A stretch of DNA of 64,000 bases. Origin: Auanema rhodensis (Eukaryota; Animalia; Nematoda). Within the stretch, counting starts at the first letter, position 1. Every line of letters starts with the position of its first letter. The translations under genes and the position numbers were made by a program. Location of the stretch: the NCBI GenBank assembly GCA_964057225.1, contig OZ059895.1, positions 9,052,001 through 9,116,000 on the forward strand, given 5' to 3'. This document shows positions 1-24,559 of the stretch, one piece after another. The notes below the pieces were generated by a model. The model was not told the DNA's origin, made no database searches, and was given only the letters and a program-made list of their open reading frames with translations.

Positions 1-550
1 CAGAAATTATAAATTTGTATTCTTAATTTCATTATATTACTAGGTTATCAAAAATTAAGAAGCTAAAAAGTATTGAAGTTAAATGGGTTAATATAATAAA
101 CTTGCACTGATAAAAAGAACTAAAATCGACGATTGGCATGTGACCGAATGGGACCATATTATAGTTAAATAACAAATAGCATCACACAAATCATTAGTTA
201 AAATAATAAATATAGAGTCTAAGAATCATAATATATTGCTTAAATCGAATTATGAAAACATTTAATCAATTACAAACAATGTATTAATTAAAATATTAAG
301 CATTAGAGATATTTCTTTTGACAACCAAGATTTTTTTCTATTCTGCTCTGATTTTATCCCATGCATAATATAATAAATAATTAATGTTATATTAATGAAG
401 AATTGCAATTTAGCTTATGGAAAATATCTATGTTGTATATTTGATAAAAACTAAATTTTCATTATGAAACAAAATATTAGTAAATACAAATATAAAAATG
501 TAGCTAAAGAGAAATTTAAAAAATTCTATATTTGTCATCATTAATTTCAG

Positions 551-729
551 AAACCTGTTACAATATTTCAATTCCCTATCTTTTCACTGTACTTCCTGAT
601 AAACCGATTTTCTATGATAAAATATCATCATGTCTTGATAATATTAACAAGACGAGTTTTGAGAAATCTGCAGGAAACAAAAAAAGTACTAATATTATCC
701 GATTCCAAAAAAATGGCATTTTGATTTAG
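551..729 (+). other. possible terminal coding exon of a gene that starts upstream of the window
   Basis: TTTCAG acceptor at 545-550 followed by an open frame (..TCYNISIPYLFTVLPDKPIFYDK..KNGILI*) ending in TAG; no recognisable homology. Confidence 0.3.
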
Positions 730-1262
730 TCAATTCCTATAGCTTTTTCAATCAGAACACTGCAGTAAAGTCCGAAAAATTCAAGAACAAATTGAGAACA
801 ATGCTACTTTTTTTAATTGGAGTTCTTCAGCAAGAGTGTTGTTAAATTGAAAATATTACTGATACAATCAAAATACACCATCACATAAAGGTATATATCA
901 AAGATCACAGAGCCTAAAGAGGTTCACAAATTACTTATCCCTGTCCCTAGTTACCCAAGTTTTGAAAGTTACCTTAATTGAATTTTACCGATCTCAATGA
1001 ACTTCGTATCACTTTCATCATTATCATTCTTCAATCTCTCGTTTCTATCCCTTGATAGAATTTCACTTCTATCCTGCTATTTTTGGTCCATCGATGCACT
1101 TTCGCAATACCCGCTAAATAAAACTAATGATTTTCCATAAGAAGGATCACTTCTTATCCTCAACCCAGTTGGCATTTAGTGTTCGCTGCTTATTTCTTTA
1201 GTGTGTTGTTGTTTTAAAGCTGAGTTCCTTTAATTTAGAAAAGAGTCTCCAGTTCTCTTAAA

Positions 1263-3041
1263 ATGATTATCAAGAAAAGCTTCAACGAGTCAGAAGAAAT
1301 CGTAGTATCCAAAAAAGAAGTTAGTGTCTCAAAAGTTATATTTCATGTTTATTTCACATTTGATGATTCTTAATATTCCTTTAATAACTTTTAATAAAAA
1401 TTTTCTTTTTCAGAAATATAAGAGATTTTTTATATTTCGGACTTTGTTTTATAATATCATATGTTTTCCAGTTGAGACGATTTGTCCTTGATTGCTTGCG
1501 AAAAGTAAAATGTTCCGATGATCATGCTCAGCAATTAGCAGATATTCTTATTTGTTCTGATTACAGGTTTGCTTCTTTTCATTTCTCTCATTCAACATTT
1601 AAATAGGGGCCATTATTCCCACGGTTTGAATAGACTTCATATATATGTTCGGGATTTGGCAGAGAGATCAACTGATCCAGAAGGTAGATAAATCATAAAT
1701 TATATTTTTGAGCTATAACATACAGCATGAACTAATGATTCGTAGTCTAGAAACTGTTTGATTTTTCAGGTGAACCTCAAATAATAAAAGAAAAATCGTC
1801 CACTGCTTGGGTGGATGGTAAAAATCTTCTAGGACCGGTAGTGGGAAATTATTGCATTCGTCTTGCTGTACAAAAGGTTACTAAGTTCATTTTCATTCTT
1901 AATTGAGACATCTTTAGGCTCGAGAACATGGGATTGGATGGGTTGTTGCTCGTAATTCGAATCATTTTGGTATTGCTGGATGGTATGCCGAATACGCCAT
2001 GAAGCATGGGATGATCGTTTGTTTAGTTAATGTTTCCATTTATGAATTGTTGTTTATAGGGAATGGCGTTTACTAATACTTCTCCCTGTGTTTTCCCAAC
2101 AGGATCAGCTGAAAAAAGTCTAGGATCTAACCCTATTTGCATGGCTGCTCCCGCAAAAGATGGAGATAGTTTTTTTCTTGACATGGCATCAACAACTGTA
2201 GCATATGGCAAGGTATACGCATATTCTTTAACAATAGTTTATAATTTCTTTTCAGATTGAAGTAGTTGATAGACGTGGTGGAAAAAGAATACCTCCTGGT
2301 TGGGGAGCTGATGACAGAGGTGTGGAAACCTATGATCCAAAAGAAGTGTTGAATGGGGGGGGACTTCAACCACTCGGGGGACAAGAGAGCACTGGTAAAC
2401 AATGTAGACTCTTCATAATTATATAATAAAATTATAGGTGGGTATAAAGGCACTGGCCTATGCATGATGGTAGAAATACTGTGTGGCATCTTAGCTGGAT
2501 CTGCTTTCGGTAAAAATATTCGCCAATGGCAAACAACTGAAACAAATGCTGATTTGGTATATGAAACGGTTCTGAACAATTTTTAATATGTGCTTGATTA
2601 TTCAGGGTCAATGCTTTGTTGCTGTGGATCCAGAATGTTTTGCACCTGGTTTTGCTGAAAGACTGCAAATGTTCCTGGATGAAACGAGAAATCTTTCGCC
2701 AGTAAGTTCTATTAATATTTGGTTCAAAACATTACTAATAGAACAAGTTTCATTGAAAAGAATTATATTTCTTTGAATTACCGTATTGCTCTTCAGAAAA
2801 CGCCTAATGAGCCAATAAAAGTCGCAGGTGATCCCGAGAGAGCTCATATGTTCATGTGTGATGATTTGGATGGCATAGTATACAAAAAGAGTCAATTAGA
2901 GCATTTGGTTGGAATATGATGCGCTTATTTAATAATTATAACCCTATTCAGGAAAAGCTATCAGCAAATCTAGGCGTCCCAATGTTCAAGACCAAAAAGA
3001 TACCGGAAAATGTTGATTCAATTTGTCAAAAAAATGTATAA
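1263..3041 (+). CDS. Ldh_2-family (type 2 malate/L-lactate dehydrogenase-like) oxidoreductase, multi-exon
   Basis: Spliced translation gives [90 protein letters not shown], all Ldh_2 hallmark blocks; GT-AG introns. Confidence 0.92.
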
Positions 3042-3409
3042 ACTTTGAATTGCGAACAAATAACTTTATTGGCAACGAGTGAAAAGGATCTATAAGGAAA
3101 TCGCATTTTCCAACTATAGTGTAGAACAGCAGAAAGAACTTGTTAGCTGAAGAACGTGTAGAACGAAATACGAGTCAGAAAAAGAATACTAAATGATCTA
3201 ATCATGTTGTGAACACATGCAATCCTACAAATGATATATGATGCGATTAAAATGAAGTAATATCCTAATTGAAAGATACCGGTGAAATAGTGAACATAGC
3301 TTCTTGATAGCAACCGTATAAAACTCATGGAAAGTGGAGAAAGAGAAGTATGCTATATCAAAATCAGGATGCACAAGGTACAATGAAAGAAAATTAAAAA
3401 ATCACGTAA

Positions 3410-5244
3410 TCAGACGACATCTTCAAGATCATCGTCGTAGTCTTCGTCCTCATCACTAAAGTAGACTTTGTTTCCTATCAAGCCTGACGTGCGTGGAGGG
3501 GAATTATTAAAACGCTTGACAGGGGGTTGTCTAAAGTTTTCAAACATTAAAATAATTATTTGATATATTAGTATTACCTCGGCACACTCGGAGCTATTCG
3601 TTTTCGAACACTTTTCACTGGCTGATTCTCTCTATGTCTCATTGCACAACGGAATTGTCTGACGATTGGATATATGTTTTCTATAGCCTGCATTACATCA
3701 GCTTCTGAGGATGCTAAAAAATATAAAACATTATTATTGTGTCGCAATTTTCCAATCTCATTGTTTTTAACACTTTAAAACAGCAAGCCCGTTGATTGCA
3801 TTTAATTTAGGCAAAGCATAAAATCACTTAGATAAACACTTTCTCGTAATGAGGAACACGATGCCGCGAATATTATCAATAAGAAATTAACTTACCACCA
3901 GTAACAGTAATACTTCCAGTAGTATGGATTCTCAAAGTAGCTTTGGGTTTTTCTGACCTCCAAACTAAACCAACTGATAACTCAGGTTCATATTGTGATT
4001 GAGCAGGATATTTTTGTGCAACCTAAAACTATTTGTTGAGGAGCACATCATAATAAGTAAACACACCTCTTCAATCTTTATACCAAAAGGCATGCGGCAT
4101 GTAGCTAAGACATTGCAAACCTGAAAAACTCTTGAAATATTAAAAAAAAAATGAAAAAAAAACCTTAAAGTTTCGTATTTTCACAACTTCGTTCACTTTA
4201 TGCATTGCCTTTTGAACTCTTCGAGCTACGGATCTAGATGCTATCATGCAATCAGCTTCGCTAAATTTTCAAGTAATTAAACAATTGTTTGAGAAAACTT
4301 AATATACCTTTTGCATCCAACAATATATACTTTTCCAGAACTATAAATCTTGACATAGCAGTTGGGATTACGCTTTTGCTTCAGTAAAACCTATAAAAAA
4401 ACTACAGTTTAAGATTAAGAAAAAAAACATACTCCACGACCGCGGTCGAAAGTTACATTATTTGTACAAAGCGCAAGTTTTCGCAAATCAATATGTAAAG
4501 GAAGTGTATAATTACATACAACGTTTCGAATCTAATAAGAGCCATGATTATGCACGAATTCTCGTATGTAAAAACCTGAATGTCAATTTCACCATCGTCA
4601 AGACCATCATCAATATCTTCATTAGCGGTTGTAGGCTCATCATTTAACGCAGTATCAGCTTTATTAACAAACTGAAAAACTTCTTGCTATAGATATTTTA
4701 ACGAAAAAAAAAACAAAACCTGTGGTTCAGGCGTTGGTTCGCGTATTGGGACTGCAAGATTAAGACTAGGTGCAGGCTGCATATAACTTACTCCCGCATG
4801 TAGAGGACGAGGCATCACCACTATAACTTTACTTCATAAAATGATTTTTGTATTGTTCAACCTCGTGGTTTTTGAGCTTGATGATGTTGATGTGCCATAG
4901 CTTCATTATGGTACACAACACCGTGATCTGGGCGGACACCAATATGAGTCATTGGCTGATGAACAATTCCTACAAAAATTACGAAGCTTACAACATGATT
5001 GAGATCCCACAAACCTCCTGGGCCATGAGTAGTAGAATTAATTGCCCTAGGTGTTTTAATTGGCGCATTGTTAACAATACTTCTGTAAAATAAAATAAAT
5101 ACACTACTAAAATGCGAAAATATACCTTTGGACAATAGTTCTCTGCTGTTGATGAGGCATCATAACCGTGGGTGAATTTGTAGAATTACCGCCAACTGCT
5201 GTACTTAGATAGCCATGATCATGATCATAAGCGGAAAGACTCAT
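3410..5244 (-). CDS. tlf-1: TBP-like factor (TRF2/TLF)
   Basis: Two TBP repeats: NVVCNYTLPLHIDLRKLA..VKIYSSGKVYIVGC and NVLATCRMPFGIKIEEVAQKYPAQSQYEPELSVGLVWRSEKPKATLRIHTTGSITVTG; His/Gln/Pro-rich N-terminus and acidic tail. Start Met uncertain (acceptor near 5272 is in frame). Confidence 0.9.
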
Positions 5245-5719
5245 ATTTTGTTCTTCATTAAACACCAACTCCTAAAAGACGTTGCAACTATAATAAACAT
5301 ATATAAATATATTAAAATATACGAATGGATTGATAACCCATACTAAAAAAAATAAACAATAAAAGATACAGCCTTATTTCATATTTTGGAAAAAAGAAAA
5401 ACTCGGATTGAATCACCAAAAAACGAATGAGTGTAAACAGTAGTTCTGTCGGAGTCATTCGGATACCCCGCATGAGATGAAAGATTGTAAAGAATGCTAG
5501 AAATTTTCGAATATACATGGGGTCATGTCATTACAGAACAATACTCCAAAAATATAATACATCTACAAAAAAAATAAACATGAAACAAATTCAGTAGTAG
5601 GATATTGCTTACAAAATTTTTGACTGATTGTAACAGCTACATATTTGAGAATTCGAATCTACTTCAAAATGAGATGAAATCTGCACGTGAATGACAAAAG
5701 CGAAATGAATAATTATAAT

Positions 5720-7198
5720 TTAGCCTTCCTGTTTGGGAGGTGTATACCATCCAGATTTTTGGTGAATCTGTACAAGACTTTTAAAGGACTGTTGGGCACG
5801 AGCTAATGAATAGGTCCCCTGAAAGAAGTAAATTGAGCAAACTATAAAAGTATCAAGAAAAACTTACCTTTCCATCGAATTGAATTCGGGCCTTCCCTTT
5901 TACTAATGTTGCAGCAATTTGTAATACAACAGATTCTACGGAATAGGCTGAAGACCACCCTTGCTTGGTTAGAAGCTCCATGCATATAGCTCCTCCCCCT
6001 AACACAAACCCATTTTGAACCTTAAAAATTATATTATTTAAGAAGATTAATCATATGTACCGGTGGTGATACAAGTCTAACAAACGGAGGCTCCATGGGG
6101 AAATTTTCATTGAATACAAAGTGAAAAATAATATGATCTTGTTTTTTTTCCTGTGCGAGAGTTGCAAGATCAGATGCTAATGGACTATCAGAATCCACCT
6201 GTAAGTTCCATTTATTGTTCCATGATGTTAACAAAAAAAATTACCTTATACAGTTTGACCCACCACTCGTACAAGTTAGTATCATTTAAAAGTTCAATAG
6301 TATACACACCTTCAAAAAAGAACTTTAAAAATAAACAAAACAGAAAATATAACCATTCTTATAATGCGAACTGCGATAAATATCTCGGATTTCTTTCATT
6401 AATCGATCAGTTGCGGTAACTGAGCCTTGTACCTAAAAGAATTCTATTCGTATTGTCAAATAAACTGTTAAATACCGATCCTGATAAATGCTGCTGCCGA
6501 TTAACTTTACTGATCCTATTTAAAACTTGAATACCTTCTGGAGCAACATCTTCATCACCAGCTGCAGTTACAGTATCATCAGCCATTTCCACAACCTTTT
6601 AAAATTATTTGTAATCATTGTACAACAATTGTCTCACATCATCCACATTAATTTGGTCATCATCACTATCCACGTCACTCCCTTGACCTTCATCTCTATC
6701 CAGCTCTTTACGGGGAACAAGCCTAATAATTTCACTAGGCACCGTGAGTTCAAATTGAGTACATAACTCAAGAAGAAGTCTATGAATCTAAACTTATATA
6801 TTCAATATAGAAAGTCAGGTTTACGATCCAATTACCTGAAACAGTATTGTTGTCGGTTCAGTAGTTTCGGTCAGCTTTTCTAACGTAGCTCCAACTACAG
6901 GATGATCTGATTCACTAAACCAAATAGGTGGCTGTCTCGGATAATTTTCCTGGAAACGGAAAAGTAACTAGAGAACTTTGTCAAAAAACACCTGTATGTT
7001 GGCATTGATAATGATAGATTTTCCTGTATTGTCTATGAATTTGACTGAAATTTCATCCACAGAAGCTACGAGAACCTAAAATTACTCCTGATATTGAACT
7101 CCTATTTATGTATTTATTACCTGAAGCCGCTCATGACTTTTTGGGAATAAGCTTTCTAACACGGCAATATCTTCCTTCAATTTTCTCAAACAAGCCAT
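5720..7198 (-). CDS. ubc-25: UBE2Q-family ubiquitin-conjugating enzyme (RWD + acidic linker + UBC)
   Basis: [22 protein letters not shown] (RWD); [54 protein letters not shown]-terminus [10 protein letters not shown]. Confidence 0.95.
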
Positions 7199-8198
7199 CC
7201 CAAAGTCGGCACCACGGCCTAAAATCAATTGTATTTCCAAATAATCAATCATTTGAAATCGTAAATCCATGTACTGCTTAAGCATGTGTATGCAATATAT
7301 AAAGATTATGAAATCAATTAATTAAATTTTTACGAAAAATAAACAATTTAAAAATATAAATATCTTTTAATAAGAAACAATGTTCAATAAAAAAAAACTT
7401 CTAAAATAATACGCAAATCGTTATATAGAGCAAAAAGTTAACGACAAGTAAAAACTTATGATCAGCTGACCGACTTCAAGCCGCTAAGCAAAGTTCAGAG
7501 ACATCCTGGCTGCTAAACAAAGATATGGAATAAGGTAAACATAAAGCATCATAAAGGTAATAAAAAAAACTATGAATGTAAGAGAACTGTCAGCAGTATT
7601 CTCAATCATTGAAGTCTGTAAAATCTAAAATGCTGAATAAGCATTACAAAATCAAAAATATAAATAGTATTAACAAATGAAATTAGACAGTCAACATTAG
7701 ACAAAAAATAGTCAATAGACACAACAAAAACACCGTAAGAAAAAAACACAAAGAATCAATGCATAAATCATAATGTGACACATTTTATTCCAATGAAACG
7801 ATATGCCCCACATCTAGTAAACATGTATTTTATTGATGCATCTCGGTTTTCAGTGTTTTATGCAATCTAGTGAATTTCTAGCTTGAATCAATGCTTTGTT
7901 TGCATGCTAATGCTTCTATGATGTTATACGTATATATATACATATATATATTCATATATATAAACGCATAATAGTATATGTATGTGTAAATCTATTAAAT
8001 ATATATACATTGATATATTTATATATAGATGGATAGAGCGGTAAGTAGATAGGTAGATAGGTAGATAGTTTGGCAAGTTAGATGTATATAATACATATAG
8101 GTAATATATATTATAGCACCATACCTTTCCTCACACATACATTGAAAACCTGGTATAGATTGAGGGTGAGTGCTAATCGAGGACAGAATTTTGAGATC

Positions 8199-8247
8199 GT
8201 GGCGAGACCATTTTGTACGATCCTAATGACAGACCTTTAAATGCGCC
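8199..8247. promoter_or_regulatory. probable promoter elements upstream of ubc-25
   Basis: GTGGCGAGACC (8199-8209) and CCTTTAAATGCGCC (8234-8247) in a GC-richer island ~1 kb upstream of the ubc-25 ATG; resemble recalled C. elegans promoter motifs (GGTCTCGCCAC, TGCGCCTTTAA). Confidence 0.4.
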
Positions 8248-8527
8248 AATACAGAGTACTTGATCATAAAATTAAAATACATTGATCAAGATTTGCATAA
8301 TTTTAGAGTTATATATGTATATTAAATACATTCGGATATAGTAATATTCTACATTAGTTCGATTGAGTTACTAACTGTCCTTTACGACCAAACGACAAGA
8401 GAACGAAAACTACCCTTTGCCATGATTGTTACTGTTACATTAGTATCTTTTACTTTTTGGTACTAGCCATTTGTTTAGAAAACAACAAGAATAATTTTAA
8501 ACAATGTTTATTCAACAACAGTAACAA

Positions 8528-9186
<659 letters not shown>

Positions 9187-9603
9187 GATTAACCCTAGAA
9201 AATATTAAAAATCAGACTAACTGTATCAAGTATACGAATAGCAACTAAAAACCAGCGAAAAAATCTCTAATCAAAACAGTGTTAGACGGCAAAACAGCAG
9301 AGCTTTAAGAGAATTGTAATAATCAAAATCCGCATAGTACCGAACTAATTTAAATTATTTAAACCACAAAAAATCGAAAACAAAAATTAACAGAAGATGT
9401 AGAAAAACCCCCCATTTAACTCCAATCTTGCTGCTGCGTATCGACGACCATTCACAGCTGATGCGCAGTTTCTCTCTGCCCAGGCTATATATTGGCAAAT
9501 TGCCAAGATCTGAATTTTGTGCAGAACTTTTGTTAGCTAATTTCGTATATATTTTTATATACATATATTCCATGAAGCAAATTTATTATATGGTCGGGTA
9601 AAA

Positions 9604-11850
9604 ATGCGACGATATCTAGCAATTTTTTTGTTATGCATGCTGCTTGTTCGAAATGTGTTGCCCGGTCCACTAAATGGTGTTTCAAGAGACCTTTCCAGCG
9701 TTCCCGGTTAGTGCCTTGTGTTGATTTTTCTTCCCTTAATTTTTCTTTAAAATTTAACCAATTCTTGATATTTAAATAAATAAAAAAAAATATATAATAC
9801 TTTCGAGACTTAAATAACTAGGTTCAGATCGGGGAAACGACTCATCTACTCCTAAGTCTAATGAAATACCAATAAACAAACTCGATGAGTTGGATGATAG
9901 TAATGAGGATGAAGAGGATGAGGGTTCTATAGAGATGGATGAGTTTGAAGGGTACCGCAACTTCTGAAAATAAAAACGAAATATGTTATACGGTTTCAGT
10001 GATGCGGATAGGGACACATTTTTCGATGAAGCCTTAGGAGTAAAACAATCGCCATCTTTAATTGAAAGCTCCTTTAAAAACAAGTAAATTTAATATAAAT
10101 AGTATAAGTAGTTGAGATTTAAATTATTTAAGAAAAACATTTTCATGCCCCAAAATCAAATCTGATTTAATAACAGGGACCTCGATCGGAGATCTTAGCC
10201 CTGAAGATATAACTATTATAGCTGCCATGGGCGACGCATTATCTGTAAAACATTTTTATTATAACACATGAAACAATATTCCAAATCTAGACGGGAATCG
10301 GCTTATGGCCCAGAACTAATATAGAATTTCGTGGTGCTGCGTTCAGCATAGGAGGAGATGCAACAATTGATGGCCTAGTCACCGTTCCAAGTAATTTTTA
10401 CTCAAGAATACAGTGCTATAAAAATTTTAAGATATTCTTCGAGAATTCAGCCCTTTGCTACATGGCGTTTCTCACGGAATGGGATCAAATGATCAACTAC
10501 CGGAGCATCAGTTGAATTTAGCCGAGAGCGGTGCTTCTAGTACAGATCTTGTTGAACAGGCTAGTAGTAACGTTAAATCTCAGTTCAATTCGGGTAAACA
10601 TTTAAGGCTGAGGAATTAGTGAGAAGACTAAGTGTACTCCGAGAAGTGAATTATCTCAATGAGTGGGTAATGATAATAATTACAATTGGAACAGAAGATG
10701 TAAAATATAACATGCTATGAGTGTTTTAGTCGTATTTCTAGGTGTGTTTGAGATGTAGTGGTGCTAACTTTAATGCAATAGCTGAAGCCATTGATACATT
10801 GAAAAGTGGAATTCCTAAAGCATTTGTTGTTCTACTTGGTCCATTACATGTTGCTTCAATGCATTCTCAGAATGAGAATTGGCTCAGGTCTGCATTGTTT
10901 TCCTTTTACAACAAAAATATATCAAAATATATAGCAAACGGTGTCCATGTCTCATTGGAAACAACAAAATGGAAGAGTTAGCACGCAATTGGACATCTGT
11001 ATTCTACGACATTCAAAATTATGTCGATAATAACGAGCTTAAGGCAATTATCAAATATTATTCAACTTCGATGAGAAAAAAAATTTCAGAGCCCCACATT
11101 TGGAGTTGTAGCTATTCCCTCGTTAACTATTACTTCCCGCTTCCCTGAAGGCTTATTTCTTATGAAAAAGCCATTGCTTAGCAGAAGAGGTCATATGTAT
11201 GCTACTAAATGGTTATGGAATAGGCTTATTGCTGGAAGCTCGTATAATTTATCCTCTGCCATTCTTTCTCGGGATACTTATTTCTGTCCTTCAACTGTTT
11301 GCTTCTGTGAAAAAATAACCAAATCACCAGTAATGTTATTCAGGGATGCCCCTACTTCCGAACTACAGCTAATATGCACGGATGCCAGCTTCTCAGTAAA
11401 GCTGAATTCCAGGAAGGAAAAGAACTGTATTTAGGACAAAATGGTAAAGTAGTGAAGAAAGTAAGTTTAAAATGAACTCTGGAAATTCTTGTATGTATTT
11501 CTTACAGCCTCGTCGTTCTAAAGAAAGCCTCTATGCTATTGCAATTATAATAATTGGAATAGCTTTCTTCATAGTATTAACTTTAGGAACTGTTTTTTAT
11601 CAGAACAGCAAACAGGTAAAACCAGAAGTTCAATTTGTTTATGCTCTATTTTGTTAAGGGAGATCATGGTCGATTCGATGTAGTTGAGCCATCTACTTTG
11701 AAGTTTGAACAAGCCAAAAAAGAAGAAGAAAGAAATCTTTTAACTCGTCAGAATACTAGAGCTATAAGTAATGAGCCTTTCGCTCGTGCTCTTAGTGTCA
11801 GTAACCGGCGCCTCAACTCAGAGTCAGAAAGAATATCTATGGCTGAATAA
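9604..11850 (+). CDS. phospholipase B1-like (GDSL/SGNH fold) type I membrane protein, probable pseudoenzyme
   Basis: Signal peptide MRRYLAIFLLCMLLV, acidic linker, LSPEDITIIAAMGDALS, EFRGAAFSIGGD, TVPNILREFSP, LSRRGH..LWNRL, CP..GCPYFRT, C-terminal TM (YAIAIIIIGIAFFIVLTLGTVFY). Confidence 0.88.
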
Positions 11851-12103
11851 CATGTTAGTACATGTGTATATAAGACAAGTGCCTCATTATTAAGCATTTC
11901 ATACGTTTTGTATAGCCTAGCATATCTAGTCCATGTTAATCGTAATCCATATCAAAATTTACCTCACATTTCATTCCTATGCCTTTAATGTATGTGATAT
12001 AATACAATTTGAAGTAGACTTGATTTGATATAGAAATTATACGGCTAATGACTAAACTAATCATTATTGTTTATTCCAACCAAGTTCTACATAACAGAGT
12101 TAT

Positions 12104-12804
12104 CTAATTATCTAGTTCCTCTCTGCTTAGCGGCAGCAACCATTTCGTCTTGGAGAACCTCCATGATTTCGCATCTCTTCTTGGTAACTCCTTCCTTGTC
12201 GAAACTGAAATTTTTAACAAAGAATACAGGGAATACTCAATAAAGAAATACCACAAAGTGGGCTTCTTCCAGTAGTTGTCACGGCATCTCTCCCAATCCC
12301 ATGGAGCAGTTGAGTGACCTATGATAGCAAAATAATTTTCAATAATGAAGAATAATATCACTTCTGTCGAGCCAGATCTCGGATTTTTCGAATGAGTAGT
12401 AGACAACGTAACAGAAAAGTGCAAACCAGATTCCTGTGAGGGCGAAGAGAGGGTAGATCTCGTAGGCATGACCGAGCTTGCGGAGAAGGAATCTGTAATA
12501 ATAATAAAAGTCATAAGAATAACTAAATAAATGGTCAAACCTGGATGGAAGGTCACCGGGCTTTTGAGGATTGGAATACTTCTTATCTCTAGAGACGTCA
12601 CGATCATATTTGAAGAATCCAGGTTGACTGATCTTCAAAGATTGTTCGCCTCCCTTAAAAGATGTTTAAATGAACAAATTAAGCATTACGGATAAAGTAT
12701 TAAAATACCTTGTATAACAAACCGCTTGATGATGCTCTGATGGCCACGAGCTGAGCGAAGCAGCGTCCGGAAACCAACCGAGGGGTCAAGAGAGAAAGAG
12801 ACAT
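12104..12804 (-). CDS. NDUFA4/B12D (MLRQ)-like mitochondrial membrane protein
   Basis: Arg/Ser/Leu-rich presequence MSLSLLTPRLVSGRCFAQLVAIRASS; YEIYPLFALTGIWFALFCYVVYYSFEKSEIWLDRS..APWDW fits the NDUFA4 pattern (PLF-TM-WDR..PW); TTTTCAG acceptor 2 nt before the ATG. Confidence 0.8.
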
Positions 12805-13868
12805 TCCTGAAAACAATGAGAAAATAACAAGATATTTTTTAAATTAAAAAAAAATAAATAAAATGAAAGAGTAAAGAAAAAAATTGCTTAACATAAAGAA
12901 TTTACGCAGAGAAGGCGAAAAAAGACGTTAAGCAAGATGCATGTTGCCATATAGTTTATATTTAAAATTCATTTGTGAATACCTTTATTATATATAATAG
13001 TCAAGCTTTATAACACTTCCAAAAACATAATTTACAAAGGATAATAAAATTCACAGAGAGGGGCGGAGTTACGGGCGGCCGTCACATACTCTTTTGTACA
13101 CTTTTGCTTTTACGCAACACGCACATAAAGATACGCCACATGAGTTTTATATTTAACCACACAGTAAAAATTACCCACTCAATTTATATTTAATTAATAA
13201 AATTTAATCTTTTGTAATCAACTTGTACTGTATTTTTTCTAAGCTATTAGATAATATGTACTGCTTTCTTTGCAAAAATTGATTATATCACCATATGACA
13301 TTTCATTTAAGTCGAAAAATTTACCTAATTTTATAGGTGTTTATTGCTCTTATAATACATTTGTCATTGTACACAATGTTCTCGATAATAGAAATCTTTA
13401 TTGTTAATCACAATTGAAAACAAAACTGGTTCAGGAATGAAGTTAGAAAGGTTTAAAATGATATGTGACTGAAAGGTGCGCTAACATACAACTGCTATCA
13501 TCATTCGGAATGGAAGCCGGAACGCTGTCACCATAAGGCGGTTTTTAATGAAGAATTATGTCGCATATTTACATCGAGATATGCGCCTACTTCATATATA
13601 ATTTAAAAATTTAACTGATCCAAGAAGAGGATGGGAAGGCTGATAGCCATGAAGGCATTAAACGAAAAACCACGGTGACCAGAACTAGGTACCGACGCCT
13701 GGGTGTTCTTGACGACACTCAGTACTGAAGGGTCGACACCCCAAACATTACACATGCTGTTTTTTAATGAAGCTCATACTTCATTACCGTCACTCATGAA
13801 ATTCTGGTAATGTTATATCAAAATGACGCGTAATGCCAGATTTACAGAACCACAAGCTGGTAAAATTT

Positions 13869-23699
<9,831 letters not shown>

Positions 23700-24559
23700 C
23701 TTTCTAAAAATACCACAAGTCCATTCACAATAATTACAAAAGCATCTTCACAATAAAACCCGTAATGTTATAATGCAGTAGAGAAGTTATGGAAAACTTC
23801 AAGTAACCGTATGCTCATACTTCGGAAGATTCCAAAGTATGCTGATAATCAAAGAGAGACACTTGTCGATAACCCTGTAAAATCGAAAAACTATTAAATA
23901 TCGAAGCATAATTGAACATAAATTGCAAGTTAAGCAGTTTACCCGCAAAAAAGAACTGGACTTGGATATGATAAATAGAGAATTAGGGAACACTAAGTTA
24001 AGAAAAGTCAAGATAGGATTAAATATGATTAGTATCTTTACCAGAAAATTACAAAGCACAACTTTCGTTTAATTTATAGTCAAAGAGATTATTAAATGAT
24101 GAAATACTAATTTTAAAGACACGGTATTTCAAACAACGAGATAACATATGAGAGTAAATTTGAAAAAGAAATTAAAGAAACTAGTTCATAAATAAGCAAA
24201 AAGATTTGTACCTTCAGATTATTGTTCTCATTAATAAATATGAAACACATATCCTTAATGACGGGGAAATAATATTTCATAAAGAACCACTTTTTATGAG
24301 CATTACGAGAAATTTAAAACGACGATGCATGCTGTTTACATGCCACATTTTGTAAATTGTTTTTAGTTGGGTTGTCTGTTTATGGTGTGCGTATTGTTTT
24401 TATAGTATAGTTAATTTTAACTCATGATCTAAGTAAGTTACAGTAAAAGTTTAAACATTTATTTCAATCAATTTTCTTATGTATTTAAAATCGGATTTTT
24501 TTTCATATTCTGTTTTTTTTTAAATTAAACTTTAAAAAATTATCATTACAGTGTCGTTT

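Noticed and set aside
970-1120. Minus-strand exon-like stretch (QDRSEILSRDRNERLKND..)
   Set aside because: No partner exons or homology; could be purine-biased upstream sequence.
1263-3041. Ldh_2 gene as a recent horizontal transfer
   Set aside because: It is intron-rich with host-like composition, and the family is known across invertebrates.
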